DNA of 64,000 bases from Aplysia californica (taxonomy: Eukaryota). This document shows, in pieces, positions 1 to 14,600 of this stretch. Both the position numbers and the translations under genes were made by a program. Each line of letters starts with the position of its first letter. Position 1 is the stretch's first letter. The notes below the pieces were generated by a model that saw only the letters and a list, made by a program, of their open reading frames with translations, was not told the DNA's origin and ran no database searches. The DNA lies in assembly GCF_000002075.1 (NCBI RefSeq), contig NW_004797880.1, forward strand, positions 372,124 to 436,123, given 5' to 3'.

Positions 1-344
1 TGTGTGTGTGTATTTGTGTATATGTGTAAATATGTGCGTGTTGGTGTGTGTGTGTGTGTGTGTATGAGTGTGCATTTGTTAGTGTGTGTGAGTGTGTGAG
101 TGTTTTGTCTGTGTTTGAGTGCAATGTGGGCGGAGTGGGGAACAACGATGTATTGCATGACTTCACAGTAAAAGTAATACGTGTATCACGTACATGTATA
201 CTACTCAAATATCATACTGCTACCATTCAACTCATCATATTTGAGTCTAGGCCTAATGTAACATATATACTGTCGTTGAGCTCGACATCAGATACATAGT
301 ACTTAATACATGTGTAATGGGCGATCGCTTTTACGTGTCCGTGT

Positions 345-394
<50 letters not shown>

Positions 395-410
395 GTGTAC
401 GTGTGTGTGT
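1..410. repeat. (GT)n microsatellite region with two degenerate ~290-bp units
   Basis: TG repeats at 1-110 and 341-410, each followed by a similar GGGG..AACA..GTATTG..GACTTCACAGT..ATACGTGTAT..TCAAATAT segment. Confidence 0.7.
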
Positions 411-1574
411 ATAGGGAAGGGGGGGGGTGAACAGGGGTATTGTGCTAGACTTCACAGTCATACGTGTATGCTGTTCAAATATATTATTACTATCGTTTAC
501 ACGTTACATAAATGTACTGTCATTCACATCGACGTCAGGAGAACCCGTTTTCGCCCCACTCTTTTCATTTTCGAATTTCACCTTACCCTTTTGCCTTTTT
601 CGCTCCACAAAGATTCGAATTTAGTCGCTAAGAAACTTGAGAGCATAAGAACGTATAGATTCGATTACTAATAGTATAGGCAAAGATGGTATAGGTTACC
701 GTACTGCAATTGCTAATCCGTTTCGAAAATAGTTTTATGGTGAGTCGAGAAAACTGAGTGTTTATAATTTCATGTCTCTCTTCCTGTAGCCATGCTAGAG
801 GTAGTTGCCCCCGGTACACCATAGTTTGTAGCAGACTGAGTTTGGGCTTTGAACAGGTCCAACATCGTGTTGACTAAGCATGTTATTCCACTATTAGAGA
901 GGTTTGTGTTATTAGAAGACTACAAGGGGGAAATGACGGTAGTAACAAACTGAAAATCGTGACGGTACCAATTTTGAACGCTTGTTGACTCATACCTGTA
1001 CGTCTGCTCGATTGTGGGTTGATTATAGTTGTTAGATTTCCCATTCAACAACACTTAACTATAAACCACCAGAAGTGATATGAAGTTATGAGTCCACAAG
1101 CTTTTAAAATTGGCACCCTCGCAATTTCCAGTTTGTGAATAGATCTACAGTCGTTTTACTCCAGTGCTCTTAGTTTATTGTTGCTGTGCAACAGGCCGAC
1201 TGCATTTAGATAGAAGGTTATTTTATACTGCGTGCATAAATTATATACCCTGCCTGTCTGCCACGCTGAGAGGTACAACAGCACTGCAGTAAAAATGCAG
1301 AGATACTCCATAGAATCAACTGTAAAACTGTCTTCCTCGCTAATGGAGCTGACGTCTTTTTTCTTCATAGAGCCTAAGGGACTCTGACCACTCTACCACA
1401 GATATCTCTATAAAGTGCCGCCTAATCTAAATAGTGAAAGGATAACTTTCTGAAAGTATGTGAGGAAAACAAAAGAGATGACTTATAATGGCTTAAGACA
1501 TTTTGGCCAGAATCGTCCGGCCTAAGAAACCACTGGCTTGACTCTTGAGGTCACCTACACATACAGAGATGCAT

Positions 1575-1666
1575 GGGCTTGGGGATTATTACAGATAACA
1601 ATTTTACTGTCCTGGAATGAACATGCTGACAGTGTTGTAAAAAAGGCTAACCAAAGGCTGTGTTTG
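1575..1666 (+). mobile_element. Non-LTR retrotransposon RT fragment (CR1/L2/Rex-like)
   Basis: LGIITDN / LSWNEHADSVVKKANQRL resembles the post-RT motif LGV.ID..LSW..H...V.KKA.QRL; frameshifted and truncated by a GT repeat. Confidence 0.6.
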
Positions 1667-1667
1667 T

Positions 1668-1669
<2 letters not shown>

Positions 1670-1713
<44 letters not shown>

Positions 1714-1850
1714 NNNNNNNNNNNNNNNNNNNNNNNNNNNNNNNNNNNNNNNNNNNNNNNNNNNNNNNNNNNNNNNNNNNNNNNNNNNNNNNNNNNNNNN
1801 NNNNNNNNNNNNNGTGTGTGTGTGTATGTGTGTGTGTGTGTGTTGTGTGT

Positions 1851-1887
<37 letters not shown>

Positions 1888-1945
1888 CGAGCGAGCGCGC
1901 GTGCGTGTATGTATTATGTGTGAGTGCATGTGTGTGTGTATGTAT
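1670..1945. repeat. (GT)n microsatellite spanning an assembly gap
   Basis: Direct observation. Confidence 0.9.
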
Positions 1946-4900
1946 GTATTTATCATGCCACAGTAAATTCTCTTTGAGGAGATCAATAAAATCGTATTAC
2001 ATGTATCTTGTAAGTACAAAGCATGTTCCAGTAGAAGTAATAAACCTGATCGTCAAGCCTTTAATCTTTTAACTGTTTTTTAGTTGGTTGTAGCCTGCAG
2101 ACCCCAGTTTATCATACTATATAGTACAGCTACAGCTTCCGGAGATCTGTCAACGGAACCCCAAGAGAGCTAATAATGTTCTCACAACGACAGAGCACGG
2201 GTACCGGCGACGGACAGTAAATTGGAAATTGGTCATGGGCCAAAGAATTTTTACTGAAANNNNNNNNNNNNNNNNNNNNNNNNNNNNNNNNNNNNNNNNN
2301 NNNNNNNNNNNNNNNNNNNNNNNNNNNNNNNNNNNNNNNNNNNNNNNNNNNNNNNNNNNNNNNNNNNNNNNNNNNNNNNNNNNNNNNNNNNNNNNNNNNN
2401 NNNNNNNNNNNNNNNNNNNNNCTCGTTGCTTTTGCCGTTGTATTTTCTTTAGGGGAAGGGGCGAGGTACCACACTAGTGTCCTGACAGTGGAGCCAGGCG
2501 TCTGTCTGTTTTGAGACATAATCATATTATAATGAACATAATCTAGAAATCCTGTCTTGCTTAAGGTAAAAACAAACAAACGGAAAATCCTATCCTTTCT
2601 GAATAAAACTTGGGATATTTGCGATTGAAGGAGGTGGGAGTCGCCTGTGACAAACGTAAGATTGGCGACAAAAATGGACGTCAGGGTGTAGAGATTCTAA
2701 AGCTTGACTGTTCTTGGAAACTGCAAATCTACATTTTGTGCAATTGTATTCATCAATGTTTTTCAGTCAACTGCATGCAGAAAGCTATTCTTAAAAGGGC
2801 ATAACAGGTGTTGAGCAAAACAAACAAACAAACAAAACAAAACAAAACAAAACAAATACAGCAATAAACAAACAAATAAAAAACACCCTTCAAAAATTGA
2901 CAAAAAAATTGCCATGGAAGGAAAATGTGTTTTTTTTACTTTTCATTTCATCTTTAATTCGACGAGTCAATCCCAAGCAAAAGACATTAAATCCTGTACA
3001 GCAGGTTTCGTATCTTCAAGTACAATCCTACCTCATGAAGTGTCGTTCATTCACATCACGACACTCATCGGGGCCTGTGGAAATCTTAAGCAAACAACCG
3101 AAACCCTTGTGCGATGTATCTTTTTTAAAAATTTACTATTGCTGTAAAGCTATCGTCTTTCCCAGTCAGGATTTCATGTTCACAAAGATGGAAAGGTGAA
3201 AGATGAGCGGGTTTGTTTGTTTGTTTCGTTTGTTTGTTTGTTGTTTTTTTTTGGGTGGGGGTTATTTTGTTTGTTCCGTTGCTGTTGCCGTTGTATTTTC
3301 TGAAGGGGGAGGGGCGGGGTATTACACTAGTGTTATGACAGTNNNNNNNNNNNNNNNNNNNNNNNNNNNNNNNNNNNNNNNNNNNNNNNNNNNNNNNNNN
3401 NNNNNNNNNNNNNNNNNNNNNNNNNNNNNNNNNNNNNNNNNNNNNNNNNNNNNNNNNNNNNNNNNNNNNNNNNNNNNNNNNNNNNNNNNNNNNNNNNNNN
3501 NNNNNNNNNNNNNNNNNNNNNNNNNNNNNNNNNNNNNNNNNNNNNNNNNNNNNNNNNNNNNNNNNNNNNNNNNNNNNNNNNNNNNNNNNNNNNNNNNNNN
3601 NNNNNNNNNNNNNNNNNNNNNNNNNNNNNNNNNNNNNNNNNNNNNNNNNNNNNNNNNNNNNNNNNNNNNNNNNNNNNNNNNNNNNNNNNNNNNNNNNNNN
3701 NNNNNNNNNNNNNNNNNNNNNNNNNNNNNNNNNNNNNNNNNNNNNNNNNNNNNNNNNNNNNNNNNNNNNNNNNNNNNNNNNNNNNNNNNNNNNNNNNNNN
3801 NNNNNNNNNNNNNNNNNGTGTGTGTGTGTGTGTGTGTGTGTGTTGGTAGAAATATTAGCACTATTATAAGCATTAGTAATAAGCCAAGCAATGTTCTTTA
3901 TTGCCGGGCAATATTATTATGTGATTCACACTCCAGGGAGGAAATGATAATTTAGATTTTATTGAACCTGGAAAACCCAATGAGTCGACCAAATCTTCCA
4001 TCGAAATGCCAGAGAGCGTATAAATGTTTTGAGCTAATGAACCGTATCAATGTTTGTTTCTCTTTGGTTTCTTTGCTTGTTTGTTCGTTTATTTGTTCGT
4101 TTATTTGTTTGTTTGTTCGTTTATTTGTTTGTTTGTTCGTTTGTTTGTTTGTTGGTTGGTATTTAGTGGGGGTGGGTTGGGTTTTTTCTTTTGGGGGAGG
4201 GGGTTGTATTGTTAAACAAAATTTCACCTATTACATTTTAGCATTTGAAACAAGTGTCGTTGCTCTTGGCTGCTGTTGCTGTTAAGGATTTATCCCATAC
4301 ATTTCGGGACCTGACACACTCTCTAATAAAGTATTACTGCGCACTACACAGTGATTCACCCTTGTGAGAGAAAAAAAACCTCTCGATCAAGATCAATATA
4401 AACGTATGCTCCTAGATCTAGAAGGTTGCACAAGTTAAGGTAGGCATCAGAGTGAGGAAGAAATGAATTAACGGGCGACCGACCGGTGGGGCTGATTGTG
4501 CCAGACTATTTGTCGTTTCTGAAATCTCAGTCATTTTGTAGATTCTACCTACGCGATATTTTCTTGCAAAAGTCATGCTCCCTCAGGGTGGGTTTTCATT
4601 AAGTTTTTAAAGTACATTATCATGTATTTCTTACACCTCTTTCCAGATGCGTAGGCATAGACCAGTAGGTGCTTGCGTGTGTTCTCCAATATTGTTTTTC
4701 TGCCTTTTCTTTTTCTTTTTTCCTTTTTTTGGTGTAATTTTAGTTTTTAGTTTTTGTTGTTCCGTTTTTTTTAAACCGGTGTACATCGGAATTTTTGGAG
4801 ATGTAAAAAAGACTTTTTTAAGAAAAGAAAATATATCATGTTTTGTTGAAAACTCTCTCTTGAATGAACATAATTATTGTTATCTTGTTCGTATAAACAT

Positions 4901-6101
4901 CGATGGAAATGTCTCAGCAACGAAGGAGTTAAAGTCTTTTCCACAGCTACAGCTCGGCATGAAATCTGATAGTTAGGGAACCTGTATTTGAAACATGGCC
5001 GGTATATCATTATCATTCTAACGATGGGCTACGGCTCTCAAATTCATATACGTGGTATATTTTGTCATTTGTATTTTAAAGGTATATTTATATGGTACAA
5101 TAATTCAGTTTTAGCCCAAATGATTATTACCCTAACCCTAACACAAGCCTGCCTTAACCCTACACCCCCAACCCTACCCTAACCCAAACCACTTAAAAGT
5201 TACTACCTGTATCGATATTCCAACACTCTTGGGGTCAAAATCAGAGTCAAATATATCTCCCTTAACAGACACCTTGTTGTAAAATGTCTTACTAGTTCAA
5301 CAAAACAGACTGGAGACCTTAGTCTGTCGTTCTTCCTTCCGTTGACAAACCCTTACACACTTACATTTACACCTAACCTTCTGGTCGAGCAGGGCAAAAT
5401 CCCGGCCGTCTTTGACCTAAGCTTAAAGTAAGTTGAGGGCTCTTTTCGAAACTGTAACTGTAAGGTAAATGTGTTTCGAAATAACCATTATTTCACCTGT
5501 CGCTGCTGGTATTTTGAGAATGTTTTTTACAAATAGCGGATTTTTGGGTGCTATGTTGTTTTAAAACTAGAACAAGACGCTATCAAAAGTATCAGTCAAA
5601 ATCTGGTCCTTCCCCCACAGTGTTGAAGATATAGGCCAGTTGTACCCCACCCTGCCCCAAGCCTACACGCTTGGGATCTGGGTCCAGTTATTCAAAACAT
5701 CCAGCCTGCCTGTCGTCCATATAATACTAAGACTCAAGAAATGGCCCTAACTCAGGTAGGCTAAGAATGTACCGTAACAATATTTGGTTCAAGCGTTCTC
5801 TGTTGGAATATGTATCGCTAAATATAAATCACATCACTTTTTTCACAAAATCACGTATAATTTCTACTTACCGATTAGCCATTAACTCCTCCAAAGTTTT
5901 AGAAGAGGCTGTAAGGTACACAGGTGTATGCGAGGCGGCCATTAAAAGCGCGAGTCGTTTCCTGGTTCGCGTTGGTTGGTTGCGTCGTTTGGATCAGAAC
6001 CGTGTCGCGGCGAAGGCAGCACACAGGTGAGTTAATCCAAATGGTGGTATCGATACCGGACCTTTGTCCGTTGACAGATTGACGTCACAGCGATCGTGAC
6101 A

Positions 6102-6350
6102 AGAGAGAGAGTGAGAGAGAGAGGGGGGTGAGAGGGAGAGAATGAGAGAGAGAGAGAGGGGGGAGGATGAGAGAGAGAGAGAGTGGGGAGAGGGAGAGGG
6201 GGGAGAGAAAGGGTGGAGAGAGAGAGAGAGAGAGAGAGGGGGGGGATTAGAGAGTGAGAGAGAGAGGGGGGGGAATGGGGGAGGGAGAATGACAGAAAGA
6301 GAGGGAGAGGGAGAGAGAGAGGGGGGAAAGAGGGAGAGAGAGACACGGGG
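6102..6350. repeat. (GA)n / purine-rich microsatellite
   Basis: Direct observation; another at 8243-8323. Confidence 0.9.
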
Positions 6351-8238
6351 NNNNNNNNNNNNNNNNNNNNNNNNNNNNNNNNNNNNNNNNNNNNNNNNNN
6401 NNNNNNNNNNNNNNNNNNNNNNNNNNNNNNNNNNNNNNNNNNNNNNNNNNNNNNNNNNNNNNNNNNNNNNNNNNNNNNNNNNNNNNNNNNNNNNAATAAC
6501 TTAACAACATACTCCTATACAACGTTGGAGCTTGAAGTCACATTCCATATAACATAAAGATATCTGTTTTCTGAAAATGCTGNNNNNNNNNNNNNNNNNN
6601 NNNNNNNNNNNNNNNNNNNNNNNNNNNNNNNNNNNNNNNNNNNNNNNNNNNNNNNNNNNNNNNNNNNNNNNNNNNNNNNNNNNNNNNNNNNNNNNNNNNN
6701 NNNNNNNNNNNNNNNNNNNNNNNNNNNNNNNNNNNNNNNNNNNNNNNNNNNNNNNNNNNNNNNNNNNNNNNNNNNNNNNNNNNNNNNNNNNNNNNNNNNN
6801 NNNNNNNNNNNNNNNNNNNNNNNNNNNNNNNNNNNNNNNNNNNNNNNNNNNNNNNNNNNNNNNNNNNNNNNNNNNNNNNNNNNNNNNNNNNNNNNNNNNN
6901 NNNNNNNNNNNNNNNNNNNNNNNNNNNNNNNNNNNNNNNNNNNNNNNNNNNNNNNNNNNNNNNNNNNNNNNNNNNNNNNNNNNNNNNNNNGCGAACACTT
7001 TCATTTTGATTCAGTAATAAAAATTACTTCATTGACATATGATGATAATCATTTAGCGCTTAGAAAAAGTAAAACATACTTACTGAAACAACAAGACGGG
7101 GGATGTAGTCCTGGGACTAGTATAAGAAAATGTTAACAGAGCAAAAAAGAAATAAAAATACAAATTCGGTTTTTAAAATACCGATAGAATGTGTTTTCTG
7201 TTTATTTGTTTGTTTGTTTGTTTGTTTGTTTGGGGGTTGTTGGTTGTTGTTTTTTTGGTTATGTAGTAATTTGGTTGGTTGGTTGGTTGGTTGATTGGTT
7301 TTTAATCATTTTCTCGAAACGGCTTCAGGGTACTTTAGTTTTTTTACAGCTTCAATTTCTTAGCGAGATTCTGTTCCTCAAACTGCTTTTGATGTCCCTT
7401 TTTGTAATATTGCTTAGAAAGGATTTAATGTTTTCACATTCCATGAAAAATTATTGTTGCCAGTGGCCTTAACTTAAATTTAAGCAGACCCAACCAAACT
7501 GAAGAATGAATACAAGACAAGTACAAGTATCGATATTGTCGCGAATCGACACAACAGTTACGCACATCAATAGGCAAAGGTACGCGGTGCGACGTCAACC
7601 ACGAGCCAGTCTCTCTTTCTCTCTCTCTCTCTTGGTCTCTCTCTCTCCCTCTCGCGTCATGGCTTGTGTACGACAGTGGAGGGCGCATTGATATCGTTAT
7701 CGCCACCTACAAGCAAGAGGTGGTGTTTGCCCTCCATGATAAACCAAAATTCTGCCAGGTGTGGCTGGAGGAGAGCGTAATAGATTAGATACCGTAACTG
7801 TGTTCGTTTTTATTCCTCCTATGAGTACAGCGAAAAAAAAGGCAATTTGGAAAATGTATGTGTACACGTGTGTATTTCGTGTATGTCCAGCCGTTAATCT
7901 ATTACATCATGTAGATCTACATGTGTATATACGTACTTAGTCCTGTAAACTGAGACGTAGTTTTTATTTTTACATTGTATTGTTGGTTTGGGATTTATTA
8001 GACCAAACTTAACAATGTCACGATACAACTTCCGCAGTATTATGTGTGTGTGTGTGTGTGTGCGTGTTTTGTTTGTTTGTTTTTTCCCGAGGGGAGCACG
8101 GGCAGCTGTGTATGGCAGCACTGGGTAATTACTATACTACTAGACATTATTATAATTAATAATACTCTTAATACCTCTTTGTCTGGTCTTCTCATAGCTC
8201 TTATTCTTTGTTGCCTTTTTCTCCCCCCCCCCCCTCAC

Positions 8239-8276
<38 letters not shown>

Positions 8277-8279
8277 ATG

Positions 8280-8325
<46 letters not shown>

Positions 8326-8629
8326 TTTTTAATCTCTTCATGCGCTCATTTCCCCTTATTACAGAAATTATTGGAGGGGGACACACACATATGTATTGCA
8401 TGCATTGTTATCTTGCATAACATTTTTACACTATCCAAAAACCCTTTTTCTCCCTGCATCTCCATAAAATTATCTTAATCCCCTTTTTTTCAGAGAACCT
8501 AAGCTGATCTTGGGTGTCACCGCAGGATTAATAAATTGTGTGACCAGTTGATCTTTTTCTTTTCCCCAAGAATAAAGATAAGATAAAGCTTTTTTTTAGA
8601 CCCCCCCCCCCCTTCCCTATGCTGTATGA

Positions 8630-8783
8630 ATAGTAGCCCATCAATAGGCTTCCCGGGAAGCTGAGAATGTTTCGGAGTGTTCTATGGTCTGCTGGGGTAA
8701 TAATATAGCGTAAAGCGCATAGAGCCTGCTGCTGAGCGGGGATAGGCGCTATACAAATGCTATCTATTATTATTATTATTATT
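8630..8783 (+). mobile_element. 3' part of a SINE with an L2-type tail
   Basis: CCCGGGAAGCTGAGAATGT shared with the 13690-13970 element; GTAAAGCGC...GCGCTATACAAATG-(TAT)n tail. Confidence 0.6.
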
Positions 8784-10602
8784 ATGTGTCTTTTTATTCC
8801 AGGAGACAAGAATACAAGTATTTGTAGAGGTCTATACTAATACTATGTGACCAGTCGACCCCCCCCCCAACCCAAATCGCTCTCGTTTCTGTCGTCTTGT
8901 CTTCATCTTTGCGTGTCTGGACAACGGGCTGGATTTAATTTTCATTTTAAAACAGTTTACCCATTTTGGGACAAAATTCAGTTATTGATTCCATCTGTCA
9001 TTTTAAAACAGGGTGCACGTTTCTGCCGAAGTCTGGTATCGATACCTTAATAAATAAGGCGGGGAGAGTGTTTTGAAGATATTCAAAGTGACTGGCCGTT
9101 GAAATGCAAAGATGTGAGGTTTGGGCTCTCCTGGACATTGGAGGAAACTGGATATTAATATTATTACTGTCTTTTAAAATAAAACCACAGCGAGTGCCAG
9201 GCGACGAGTAGCTGCTTCAAACTGCCAGTACATTTTGTCTTGTAATCGCAGTGTGTGAGTCGTGTAGACCTGATCAATGATAGTACATAACAAGATGTAC
9301 TATCATTGACCTGATATAAGAATTCATTAGCTCTTGTACTGTGCATCGATATATCTATCTCTGCCTTTACTTCCATCATTCATACGTTGTTTTATTTTTG
9401 CTTTTCTTGTACATGTAGTTCTGTTGGGGGGGGGGGGTGTTTTTTAAAAAAAGAAATAGTCTAGGCCAGCACTTACCGCCATTAAAAAAGCCCTCATTTT
9501 GTTGTCTTTGATATCATTTATTTTTCAAGACAGGCCAAGGAATCAGTTCATTGAAATCATCTTTAGCTATGATTGATCATGTGCTGATATAAATCCCGGC
9601 ACAAAAATGGAGAGATAGAAGAACGTATAGAACTTGTTAAATGTTAAGATGGATACCAATACCAAGGCTTTGTCTATGGTCACTACTCACTACATCATAT
9701 GTACGTACATACATGTACTATACTATAAATAATCACAATGACTATGATTGAAGAAAAATAAAATCTGGTCTCACTATATAATTTTTCATTCAAATTGTTT
9801 GTATTTGTGATGTGATTCATGTTGCTCTTAATTGTTGTGTTAAGTTTTAATTAAGTATATATGTACTGAACCGTTCACCAATGAGCGCTGAAATTTATAA
9901 ACGTCTTGTTTTGCCAGTTTTGGATTTTCTTCATGAGTGTTTTGAATTTATGTTTCAATCCTCGCTTTCATTTAATTTTGGTGAGTAAGTTATACCAAAA
10001 ATATTATTTTAATTCAATCAAACTCAAACAAAATGTAAACGTGTCTACTTAAAAATTTAAAAAAATCATTTCTGAATCAAGAGCTTTTAATTTATAAATC
10101 TGAGACACACTGTAGGCTTAGCCTCTATGCTGTTTTACTCATCATTATAATGGTTCTTCGGACTCGGACTTGTTATTTTTTCTTTCTCCTTTGGGTGCCG
10201 TAAGTCTTTTCGGCTGTGTAGTTCAGTAGTTCCGACAAGCTTACTGAAATTGGTAACGAATATCTTTTTGAAAATCCAGCCTTGTACCGGTACTATACTA
10301 TAACTTACTAGATCTATAAGTAAAGTAAATTGTGTTTAAATGTGTCGATAAGCCAAGTGCAAACCAAAAACATACAATATTTATCAAAAATTAATCAAAG
10401 TGACAAAAACAAGATTTTTGTGACTGAAATACATGTGTTATTTTCACGGTTACTTCCCTTGACACAGTTTAACAGTCGTGAGCCGTTTTTCCCTTCCCTA
10501 TGTAATTTTCATTGTTACTGCCCTTGACACAAGTTTGATCCCCAGCTGATCATGTTCATCTTCAATGGAGTTCAGGTACGTGTTACATGTACTACGTTTT
10601 AA

Positions 10603-10771
10603 TTTTAGTAAGTGTTTTACGGCACTTGCAACACAATAAGGTCATATAGGTGCCAAAGATTAGAAGTGTTACGAGAGAGTAACAAACACAATAAAGGAGA
10701 GATAAGGACGACAGGTGTTTGATGGGAAAGAAGTTAGAAGCAAACCACACCAGAGCACCCACCAACCACCC
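10603..10771 (-). mobile_element. Family A interspersed repeat (~175 bp, SINE-like); further minus-strand copies at 11223-11340 and 11345-11436
   Basis: Consensus GGGTGGTTGG..GGTGCTCTGGTGTGGTTTGCTCCTTCTTTCCTATCAAACATCTATCGTCCTTATCTCC..GTTACTCTCTTGTAACACCTCTAATCTTCGGCACTTATATGACCTTATTGTGTTGCAAGTGCCGTAAAAC. Confidence 0.85.
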
Positions 10772-11545
10772 TCACATTACTACATGTAAATGTAGTAGTC
10801 AATACGTCCTTCTCTTCCTCCTCGTGCATAAGGCAATGACAGCCGTGTTCGATAGTCTGATAGATGTGAAGCACTGGACACGACTTGGTATTACCAACTC
10901 TATCAGCCGCAACCCCCTCCCAACTCAGTCACAGTGAGTGGCACCTATTAATCCCAACAAACCTCACCTTGTTCATGACCTAAATTGTGTCTGAAGGTGT
11001 ACCGGTAGTAGTGTACAACTGTCAAGCATGTTAGTGGAAAATAAAACATGGCTCGATCTCCGTGATGTTGAGCGTAGAGTTGAACCTACCATTACCATAC
11101 AAATAATACAATAACCAAATATTGCAGATTTTGGTAAGCACTAAATTAAAAAATCTGCCTCAAGGCCATGAAAAAATGAATATTATTTTCTATTTTTTAC
11201 ACGAGTGCTCTCTCAATATGGAAATACCAAATAGAGGTGTTACAAGAGAGTAACAAACACAAAAGGAGGGGAGATAAAGATGATAGACGTTTGATAGAAA
11301 AGAAGCAAGAAACCACACCAGAGCACCCGCCAACCACTCACTTTCACAAGAGAGTAACATGCACAAAAGAGTAAAGGAAGATACATGTTTGATATGAAAG
11401 AAGGAGCAAACCACACCAGAGCCTGGCAACCACCCACACAGTGGCAGTATAGGGAGCCCAAGGTCTCAAACACATTAGCCATTAAAATTGAACATACACA
11501 CAAATGAAACAACTCATGTATAACAAGAACATTACATCATAAAAT

Positions 11546-11551
11546 TTTATT
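11546..11551 (-). terminator. RPL19 polyadenylation signal AATAAA
   Basis: AATAAA on minus strand 7 nt after the stop codon; very short 3'UTRs are typical of ribosomal protein mRNAs. Confidence 0.75.
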
Positions 11552-11558
11552 GAGAAAC

Positions 11559-11673
11559 TTATTTCTTGGCCTCCTCAATGTTCTTAAGCATTTCCTCCCT
11601 CTTGAGAGCAATGCGCTCCTCACGTCTGATACGAGCGTCCTTGACCTTCTTTCTGCGGGCCTCGGCCTGGTCG
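11559..11673 (-). CDS. RPL19: RPL19 coding exon 6 (stop)
   Basis: (S)[37 protein letters not shown]; ctacag acceptor. Confidence 0.96.
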
Positions 11674-14600
11674 CTGTAGACGAGGGAAAAAAAGACAACA
11701 TTAACCAATTTGCATAGAAAAGCAATGACATTCTCGTCAAGAGGTCTAGACTTCAGGAAAAACATAAAAAGAACATTGCAAAAGCAAACCAGTGACAGAC
11801 AAAAGCACAACAGCAAATTGTACTGAACTCTGAAAAATCAATCTCGGCCAATAAAGGAAGGGGGCTAGACATAATTTTCTTTGCCCTGACAGTTCAAAGA
11901 GCATTTTTCTTGACAGTTTTCTTCTTACAGACCAATGTACTTAAAAATAAAGTCATCACCCATCCCAAAAACACATTTCAGATCCAATTACAGGTAATGT
12001 GACTGATAGAGGGGATGAGACTAGACAAACAGGCAATATTATCAAACAAATCACAAATGAAAGGTGAGGGAGAAAAAAAGACCACAAAAAAACTTTGGTT
12101 CAGATTCACATCCATAACAAGTAAACAAATTGAATTTTCAGACATAACAATCAAACAGATGTTGCTGTTTCTTGCTCAAACTTGAAAGAAAGGAAGAAAG
12201 GAGAAAACAATGATTATGATCATTGGAACAAATAAAATCTCAAATATAAGGGGGTGCTTCTTTGGGATACACATAGCAGGGATCACAGTGAAATTTTTCG
12301 CCAACCCTTGAACTTCGATGGTTGATCCCATTAGGGATTTCAGTAAATATTGCACCCCCCCCCCCCCCCCATCAGTTTAAAAAATGCAAAATAAATTATG
12401 AACTACTGTTCATGACTTTCTTTCCTCCCCCCAAGCCTTCGTCTCTGGTCCACGATAGGCCGAGCTTAGTCGAATCTGCAGATCGCGGGGCGGAACAACA
12501 GCAGAGCACATTTTGGGAAGTTCTCGCAATTGCAGAAAACTGATCCCTGATACAGCCTATATATAAGCTGGCACCCTGCAATCCCCCACCTTATTAAGGC
12601 TACTCCTATTTCGCAACAGTAATAAAGTAATTGACCTCTAGAATTTAAGAGTTTCACTACCCCATTTTGGCATCTTTGTCGCTCAGTTGTATCTGTGTGC
12701 TCAGTGACAGCATTATAGCATACCACTACCACTGTATAAATTTCAGGCTATTATCTTAATTTAGTACAATAGATATTCTGGAAAAAAAGAATGCCAGTCC
12801 CTGGTTTTGGTCTAAAGAGTACTAGAACAACGGAGTTAACTTTACATGGCTACAGGGTAGTAGGGTTGGGCTTATGCAATAATTAAGGCCGAGGCCAAAC
12901 CAAATTATCACAAAAGATGAGAACGCCTGTCAATTTCAGTTAAACAGATGCATACCCCCCCCCCCCCAATCTTTGTGAATCGGGGGACCAAGGTTGATAA
13001 GATGCCTTGCGACTTTGTTCAACTTGCTTCACCACCTTCGGCTTCAGGAGGATTCACAACTACATCTTTTCATCCAGTTTAGCCTAGTTTTTTCACCCCT
13101 CCGTGCCGAACAACAGTTTACTAGTGTATAAATCATAAACTACATAATCAGGACCCCCCCCCAAATCCTTGTGAATTCCTGCTTAGATACGACCTACATA
13201 ATTATAGATCTGGGCGATTCATTGGATCTTGATTCTACTTAATGTAATAAGACGTTGTGTCCATTCACTTCGTCACATTTGGCCTTCGGAAGGTCTAAAA
13301 TCTAGATTCTAGCCAGCAACTGTCGCTTAGAGGCTAAGACACGTAAACAAAGTACGATAGAGTAGCAAACTGTTCACCTTGCTTTTTTAGTGTTTGGGCT
13401 ACACATATAAGCTCAAATAGGGTCACCCGAAATACAACGCAAATGAAAAAATGGGTGAAGGACTGAATAAAATGAGCAGAACAAACAGAAAACATACCTG
13501 AGGAGCTTGGACCTGGCCTGCTCGGCCTTCCTCTTGTGGATGAACTCCATAAGGACACGCTTGTTTTTGAAGCCATTACCTTTGCACTTCATGTACAGCT
13601 CACGGTACCTGCCATTACAGGAAAATCAACCAGTTAATTGCACTTCTAGCTTGGCAGTAATAATAATTGCATATTTATATTAGCACAAATCCACAATACG
13701 CTTATGCACTTTACAACCATTGTTACCCCAGGAGACTAGATCACACTAAGACATTCTCAGCTTCCCGGGATGAAAACACCTGGTAAAACACTCACAAACT
13801 GTCAAGATCGTTTCTTGTCTAAAGCCAGATACCCTTCTCACTTGAGTGAAGTGAAGAAAAATGCATTTAGAGTGCCTTTCCATAAGGACATGCCTGTCCC
13901 CCAACCGACAGGATTCGAACAAAGAACTTACTGTTAGAGATTCCGGTAGCTTAACCACTTACTAGACCATCAATGCTAAAGACATCACGTAAAATGGGGT
14001 AAAAAAAAAAGTCAAACGTGAATAAATAGTAAATGATGACTATTTTCTCTTCACAGACATTCCAGATTTTGGTTCTCAAGAAATGTTTTTAAAAAAAGAT
14101 CTTTTTTACCATTTAGAAAAATACATCAAACACTTTTACCAAAGAAAAACAACCCACCCACACAACCTTTCATTGATTAGTGTGCACAACACAAGCATGT
14201 GTGTGTACCTGACGAAAGGTACAGGATGATGCTTTTGAGAAATTCCATTTTATAACTTCTGGTACAAAAGTCATGCCTGAACATATAAAAAATGTTTGTT
14301 TTTTAAAAGGTAGATAAGGTGCGGAAACAAAGTTTTGAGAATATCTTACATTTGAGCCAATACATCAAATTTCGCGGAAAAAGCGATTTGCAACACAATC
14401 CGAAAAACTGACATCCACAACACCTTGGACTGTTTGCCCCCGACACCGAGAGTAAAGGCTTACTGGCCACAAAGTCGGAACAATCGCTGACCTAGTTGCC
14501 TATGTACACATTAACAACCACTAACCAGATCTGAAATTACGAACGATAAAGGCAGAATAACTTACAAATGCTTGTCAATCTTTTTGGTCTCCCTGTACTT

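Noticed and set aside
2426-3342. 65-bp direct repeat beside two gaps (2426-2490, 3278-3342)
   Set aside because: Probably a local tandem repeat that broke the assembly; no sign of function
1-10600. ORFs such as MCVCVCV.., RERERE.., LFVCLFV..
   Set aside because: Translations of microsatellites and N-gaps; no protein motif or consistent exon chain
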